A stretch of 25,116 bases of DNA from an uncultured Nitrososphaeraceae archaeon (GTDB lineage Archaea > Thermoproteota > Nitrososphaeria > Nitrososphaerales > Nitrososphaeraceae): contig CAWGVG010000032.1 in NCBI GenBank assembly GCA_963825865.1, positions 1-25,116 on the forward strand. The letters run 5' to 3'. Each line of letters starts with the position of its first letter. Within the stretch, counting starts at the first letter, position 1. Below, piece after piece: positions 19,183 to 25,116 of this stretch. The notes beneath the pieces are model-generated. The model had not been told where the DNA came from. It worked only from the letters and a program-made list of their open reading frames with translations, and made no database searches. Both the position numbers and the translations under genes were made by a program.

Positions 19183-20481
19183 TTGCTATTAGCAAAGATG
19201 AAGACAAACGCTGACCAAAATAGATGGGATTCAGTAAAGAGGTACAAACTGACCAAAATGTTGAATGAACTTTCAAACTTTTCTGGTCATGGTACAGAAT
19301 TGGTAACGGTATATATTCCGCCACGACGTCAAATTTTTGACGTTATATCTCAATTGCGTAACGAAGCTGGAACTGCCTCGAACATTAAGTCCGACTTGAC
19401 TCGAACCCACGTTCAAGATGCATTAAGCAGAACAATCGAACATATCAAACTTTTCAAGGACACGCCTGAAAATGGACTTGTTGTTTTCTGTGGAGCTATT
19501 CCGACAGGCAAAGGTTTTGGCACTGAAAAGATTGAACTTTACTCTGTTATGCCACCAAAGCCAATTCAGATCAATCTCTATCGATGCGACGATCATTTCT
19601 GGACAGACCATTTAAAGGACATGATGAAAGACGACAAGGTATTAGGAATTTTGGCCATCGATAATCAAGAGGCAGGTCTTGGAATTTTAACTGGTGATAG
19701 ATGGGAGGTTATAGATACACTGACGTCTGGTGTAGCAGGTAAACACAGACAAGGGGGTCAATCTGCAAAAAGATTTGAAAGGCTTCGTGACAATGAACTA
19801 AATGAATATTATCGTAGAATTGCAGATCATTCACAAAAAGTATTCATTAATCAATTTAATGTCAAGGGCATTATCGTAGGAGGACCTGGTCCTACAAAAG
19901 AAAATTTTCTTAAAGAAGAATATTTAGATTATAGATTGCAAAACAATGTTATCAGTACTTTGGATATATCATATTCAGGTGATGAGGGTATTAGGGAAAT
20001 CATAGACAAAGTTAACGAACAAGGAGTTTTGACCGAATATCGCTTGATGGAAGAAAAAAAAATTATCAAGAAATTCATGAAAGAGGTTCATACAGGAAAG
20101 GGGCTTGGCATATATGGTATTTTTGATGTAGTAAAATCCTTGCAAAATGGGATGGTTGACACGGTTATTGTGACTGACGATATTGCTTATTTCAAAATCG
20201 ATGTAAAATGCAAAAGATGTGGGAACATTCAGGAAAGGTTTACTAACAGAGCTGATTTGATTCCTTTAAAGCAGGAACTTTTATCAAAACCTTGTCCATC
20301 GTGTGGCGCAATTGATTTTGAAATTAATGAAAAAGATATTGTAGATTATTTGGAAGAGATGACTGCGTTAACTGGAGGCAAGATTGAAGTAATATCTGCA
20401 AAGACCGAAGAAGGTGCTCAGTTGGCAAGCATTGGCAAAATTGGAGCAATTCTTCGATTCAGGCCTATTGCAAGCTCTTGA
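19183..20481 (+). CDS. prf1: archaeal peptide chain release factor aRF1 (start may be the ATG at 19198)
   Basis: GTELVTVYIP, ASNIKS, LYRCD, GKHRQGGQSAKRFER, IGAILRF; CKRC/CPSC mini-domain. Confidence 0.98.
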   Translation: MLLAKMKTNADQNRWDSVKRYKLTKMLNELSNFSGHGTELVTVYIPPRRQIFDVISQLRNEAGTASNIKSDLTRTHVQDALSRTIEHIKLFKDTPENGLVVFCGAIPTGKGFGTEKIELYSVMPPKPIQINLYRCDDHFWTDHLKDMMKDDKVLGILAIDNQEAGLGILTGDRWEVIDTLTSGVAGKHRQGGQSAKRFERLRDNELNEYYRRIADHSQKVFINQFNVKGIIVGGPGPTKENFLKEEYLDYRLQNNVISTLDISYSGDEGIREIIDKVNEQGVLTEYRLMEEKKIIKKFMKEVHTGKGLGIYGIFDVVKSLQNGMVDTVIVTDDIAYFKIDVKCKRCGNIQERFTNRADLIPLKQELLSKPCPSCGAIDFEINEKDIVDYLEEMTALTGGKIEVISAKTEEGAQLASIGKIGAILRFRPIASS

Positions 20482-20527
20482 TTGTATAGCTTTTTTAACA
20501 TTAGTGCTAATGTATAACATATACATT

Positions 20528-20920
20528 ATGGGAGTATCTAGGCAGCAAGGACAAATTCGCAAAGTAATGATAGTTGAAGATGAACAGGATATTCTGCTCT
20601 TGTATAAGGATTACTTAAAGTCCAAGGGACATTTTGTGATAGTAAGTTCTACTACTGCTGATGAAGTATTAGTTGATTATGAAAAGTATGCACCTGATAT
20701 AGTAATCATAGACTATAAACTTCCAGGCAAAAAAAATGGCATCCAGGCAGCAAAAGAAATTCTTATTAAATATCCTTCAGCCCGAGTATTGATAATAACG
20801 GCATATGAAAATGCAAAAGAAGAATTAAAGAAAGATGAATTTTTTAAAACTAAGAAAGCAGAGGTATTGATAAAGCCTGTCAAATTGGCACATCTGGCAG
20901 ATACCATCGTTAATATTTAG
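20528..20920 (+). CDS. single-domain response regulator receiver (CheY-like)
   Basis: MIVEDE, PDIVIIDYKLP..NG, IITAY, IKPV; the ATG at 20528 is the likely start. Confidence 0.92.
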   Translation: MGVSRQQGQIRKVMIVEDEQDILLLYKDYLKSKGHFVIVSSTTADEVLVDYEKYAPDIVIIDYKLPGKKNGIQAAKEILIKYPSARVLIITAYENAKEELKKDEFFKTKKAEVLIKPVKLAHLADTIVNI

Positions 20921-21391
20921 ACATACAAAAACCTGCCACCCCACTCACGTCATTCATTATAATTATTCTAACCTCCACCTATTATATTGAATATATCTAT
21001 ACTGTCATTATCTTGGCAACTATTGAAGGTTAAAATTAGACAATACCTGGTTCGAGAATCCCTGATAATGTATTATTCTTTTTATGTATATACCGTTAAA
21101 AAACAACAGGATTAAACATTAGTTATATTTATTTTGAATATTGGCTAATATTATATGATTATACAGAAAGAATAAGAGAACAGAAGGATTGATAACCGAA
21201 ACAATTATGAAAAAAGCGACGTTAAAGATACAATGGTAGATGTAGGATGTATTATAAGAGCAGTTCTGAAATCAGTAATAAAGGTAAGTAAAGAAAAGTT
21301 TCACATGGTCATTAAACATCAAAGAAATATTGTACGGTGATGACGACAATAATAAATAATACATAATAGCGATACTGCAAAAGCTCACTGA

Positions 21392-21603
21392 ATGGCCAAC
21401 AACAAATGTCCAAAATGTTCTTCTGACATGATGCAACACCCATCATTACTATCGGTGCCATTAAGTTAATGATCCAAACAAAAGATAAAATCAAAAATGT
21501 AAATATAGAAGATCAGGATGCAAGTTATGTCTTTAAATTCAACTCCTGTAAAATGTGTGGATACTGCGAGTTCTATCTTATTAACAGTGGAAGTAGAGTT
21601 TAA
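21392..21603 (+). CDS. small zinc-ribbon protein (one frameshift; missed by the ORF track)
   Basis: MANNKCPKCSSDM...SVPL/..IQTKDKIKNVNIEDQDASYVFKFNSCKMCGYCEFYLINSGSRV*. Confidence 0.65.
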
Positions 21604-22450
21604 TAGAGGTTTATACATTCACTATTCATAAGTTTAGCAAGTATGATGATTTATATCAGGAATCTTTTTCAGAGAATTTAGAGCGATGATCTCTAAAATT
21701 TTAAAATAATGATTGTGTACGAGTTTGTATATTTTCTGAAATATGCCTCCTTGTTTATCAATTCAATGGTTTCTTTGGGTTTTTTTGTTGTGTTGCTTCT
21801 TTAATATCTTCTTTGTCAAACCTCCCATCATAGGCAAAAAAGAAATATGTCCTTAAAACAAAATCAAGGCATCCATATCAACTGAGAATTTTGGTAACTT
21901 ATACGTGGTGTTTTTTAATACGACGATGTGCAAAAAATAAAGGAAGAATTGTTTTGTATTTCTACAAGTAAGGAGAGTTGTAACACAGCGTAGTTGTAAC
22001 TTGCAAATCCTGTTGGTTATAAGGGTCAAGTTTATAGAATTGATCGTTCTTTAATAATTATGGTCAGTGAAAATTAAACCTGCTCTGTGTCATGAAAGTC
22101 ATGTCCTTATTGTCAATCCAAATTTAAAGACAATGCTGAACTCTCAAAACACATAGACAGAATACATACTGGTTTGGGTTTGCTAGAAGGGGACAGGCGC
22201 AAATGGTAAACAAGATTGCGGACCATTACTTTTTATTTTTTATAATTGAATTTAATTCTATCGTAACGCATGTATTCCTTATCTTTGGTAATTGTTTTTT
22301 CTAAGTAATCTGTCGCCCGTGTATACAGTGCATATATAGATCTATATCATTAAAAATAAAAAAAAATGCTTTTATGAATATTCTATACTTTCTTCTTTAA
22401 AGGTGGATTATACTGCCTTGTTCTCATTTTTCCAGTATGCTATTAGCACC

Positions 22451-23038
22451 TCAGGTCTTATGTGCGTGTTCACTAACATGTGGAGATTGCCCAACAAACT
22501 TTCTTCTAAAGTGACCAGAGGGTCTTTTTGATAAAAGTTCAATAAACCATGCCTCGTGTTCAACTTCTTCTTGCATTATTTTTTGTGCAATATCGTATGT
22601 TCGTGGATCTTTGCCGGCAGTCATATCACATACTTCTCCCCATGATCTTATTGCACATTGCTCTGCCTCTAGCAATACTGTAAGTATGGATTTGATATCT
22701 TGCCAATTATCAGGTAAATAGGCATCAGGGCATCCAGCTTGGTCAGCAAATTCTCTAATATCTCGTGGTAAACTACCACCTAACTCATATAATCTGGGAG
22801 TCATTGCCTCAAAATGATTTCTATCTTCAATCCTAGCATCCTCTACTATTTCCTTAATTCCTTCACCTTCTAAACCTGTACAATGCATTCTTAAGATTGT
22901 ATAATAGTAATATGTTGTAAACTCAGCGCCTACACCTTTTCTAATTAATTCTATTAATCTTTGTACATTTACCCCATTCTTTTCCAAAACTTCCAATGCT
23001 ACAATTTTTGGAACTGTTCCTTTTGTAGTACTTGCCAT
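22451..23038 (-). CDS. dps: Dps-like (DPSL) ferritin-superfamily protein
   Basis: [63 protein letters not shown]. Confidence 0.93.
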   Translation of the reverse strand: MASTTKGTVPKIVALEVLEKNGVNVQRLIELIRKGVGAEFTTYYYYTILRMHCTGLEGEGIKEIVEDARIEDRNHFEAMTPRLYELGGSLPRDIREFADQAGCPDAYLPDNWQDIKSILTVLLEAEQCAIRSWGEVCDMTAGKDPRTYDIAQKIMQEEVEHEAWFIELLSKRPSGHFRRKFVGQSPHVSEHAHKT

Positions 23039-23060
23039 AATCAAACATCATAATATAAGG

Positions 23061-23076
23061 TATAAAAGCGTTTTTT
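23061..23076 (-). promoter_or_regulatory. BRE/TATA box of the dps-like gene (probably leaderless)
   Basis: Minus strand AAAAAACGCTTTTATA ends 23 nt upstream of the ATG at 23038. Confidence 0.55.
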
Positions 23077-23381
23077 AGATCTCTAATCTATTGAGTATTG
23101 TATATTGCTTTAGTATTATATGGAAACCAATATTATTTTTCAATCCCTTGCAATCTATCTGCATGACGCACATCCATCATCATATGCTGGTGATCGTATC
23201 TTACGTTAAATATATAGAATACGTGATATCAATTTAAGACATTGCTGATCTTTGATTTAATCGAACACCAAACTACCATGTAGAGTTTGTATATATATAT
23301 ATATAAATACATACATCTGTTCCGTTTTCCTAAGAAAATACATCCGAATTCAGGATGGCAATATGGATTGTAGGTAAAAAT

Positions 23382-24827
23382 CTAAAGGAAGCCATATTCT
23401 TTCCATTTCTTATCAACAAATGCCTTTGTAAGATTATCTACAGTGACCTGTTGCTGAATTTCCCTTGTGAATCCTTCTTCTTTCCATTTAGTAGTTGCAT
23501 CAATTCCCATCTTAGATCCTATATTTACAAGTGGAGATGCGGGATCCAATGTGTCAGTTGGAGCGTTATCAATTATCATAGTATCGCTTTTGGGTCGGTT
23601 CTTGTCGTAATGGCCCATATTACTTCATTCATATCCTGAATGTTAATGTCATCGTCCACAACTACAAAAATTTTTGTTAGCGAAAATTGTCCCATCCCCC
23701 ACAAACCCATCATAACTTTCTTCGCCTGTCCAGGATACCTTTTCTTTATTGAAATTACCGCAAGGCCTTGAAACCAACCTGCAGGAGGCATAGAGAAATC
23801 GACAACCTCTGGATGAAACATTTGAATCAGCGGCAAAAAAGAACTTTCGATGACTTTTCCATAAATGCATCTTCAAAAATAGGTTTGCCTACGACAGTTG
23901 TCAGATAAATCGGATTTTTCCTTCTCATTATTCCGGTAAGTGTAAACGTAGGGTAAGGTTCAGGCGGAGTATAATACCCGGTATGATCCCCAAATGGACC
24001 TTCCATACGAATATCATCAGGATCTACATAGCCCTCCAATACAATTTCAGCATTAGCAGGAACATCCAAATCAATAGTTTTACACTTTACAAGTTTAATT
24101 CCTTTTTTCCTCGTTATTCCGGAAAAAAGAAATTTGTCAAGGCCTTCAGGAACAGGCGCAACAGCACTGAAAATTGTTGCGGGGTCTGCACCTATAATTA
24201 TAGCTACTTCGATTCTTTCTTTTTTTCCTTCATTATTTCATAGTGTTGTGCTCCGCGCTTATGAATTTGCCAATGCATTATTGCTTTTTTATCATCTATT
24301 ATTTGAATTCTATATACGCCCAAATTTCGGATTTCAGTTTCGGGATGCTTTGTAACGGTTAGTCCAAAGGTAATGAATTTTCCAGCGTCTCCAATAAAGG
24401 ATTTTAGGATAGGCAAGGAATATAGGCTGGCTTATATAGTTCAACAACTTCAGTTACAGGGCCTGAATCAACGTATTTTGGACCATATTCTGCAAATTCA
24501 GAGAATTTTGGTATCATTTTAAGTTTATTGAGCATTCCAGAAGGGATTTTCATTTTTGTTAGATTTTAATACGTCCCCCAATTTCCCTAAAATCTTTAAA
24601 TTCAAGAGCAATTGTAATTTTTCCATTGTTCCAAACGCGTTCCCAAGCACGGGGATATTTGAGCCTTCTACATTTTCAAATAATAACAGCTGGCTTATTA
24701 CCCATATACATTAGCCCGCCTCATAATCTCTGCAATTTCCAAATTGATACTCACCTCGTTTTTACCCTTTTTAATTGTCCAGCATTATCCAAGGCTTTAA
24801 CGTATTCTCCAGGCTTTCGAAAGGCAT
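23382..24827 (-). CDS. ubiD: UbiD-family (menaquinone biosynthesis-type) prFMN decarboxylase, broken by multiple indels
   Basis: MPFESLGEYVKALDNAGQL..., RNLGVYR, MHWQIHKRG, EGPFGDHTGYY, KKRYPGQAKK, VVVDDD, DTLDPAS, KMGIDAT; full length across several frame changes. Confidence 0.92.
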
Positions 24828-25116
24828 GGGAAAAGATGGTTCATACAGGTAAGAGAAGCGTTGTCAATAGCCAAAAAAGTAATGGTTTATAAATCATCAC
24901 TAAAAAGTTTTAGAATGAGGAAAAGTAATCTCAGAGAAAAATTAATTAAACCAATTACTAAGCAAAAGGCAAGTGAAAAGTGCCAAAACATAAGAATAAA
25001 TTTTTGTTGATTTTAAGCGAAATTAAAATAATTTTTTGATTTTATGTCTACAATTCTAAATTTTTCTAGCATCTATTCTCACATTTTTAACTAATCGCTT
25101 GACAATTTTTATTGCC

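Noticed and set aside
20414-20527. N-terminal extension of the response regulator
   Set aside because: It overlaps the prf1 3' end; the receiver domain starts after the ATG at 20528.
21046-21064. GGTTCGAGAATCCC resembling a tRNA T-loop
   Set aside because: Extra bases in the loop, and no T-stem or acceptor pairing.
23290-23305. (TA)n tract between dps and ubiD
   Set aside because: Short low-complexity run in an AT-rich intergenic region with no evidence of function.

Overview
AT-rich archaeal DNA. Gene content and style (aRF1 with a Cys4 mini-domain, DPSL-type ferritin, HTH-CBS regulator, UbiD, integrase families) point to a soil ammonia-oxidising thaumarchaeon of the Nitrososphaeraceae; this is an inference. 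The left ~17 kb is a plasticity zone. It holds a compact integrative element (~5.3-11.0 kb): a tRNA-Ala(CGC) 3'-half att-like site, a tyrosine integrase, a wHTH regulator, and a divergent operon of RHH-like remnant, putative rolling-circle Rep, RadA paralog and HExxH metallopeptidase. Around it is a mosaic of 100-600 bp gene fragments joined end to end: antiporter, AKR, two more integrases, LLM oxidoreductase, IS630 orfA, two ADH pieces and a terminase-like piece. The zone also has a ~62% GC bacterial-looking muconolactone isomerase gene, two duplicated 230-340 bp modules and five copies of an 18-bp palindromic motif, ATGCGTTATATRRNGCAT. The right ~7 kb is core-like (HTH-CBS, prf1, receiver, Dps-like, ubiD). 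Many genes, including ubiD, carry 1-nt indels, so some of the apparent pseudogenisation may be sequencing error. All family calls come from motif recognition by eye; no searches were run.
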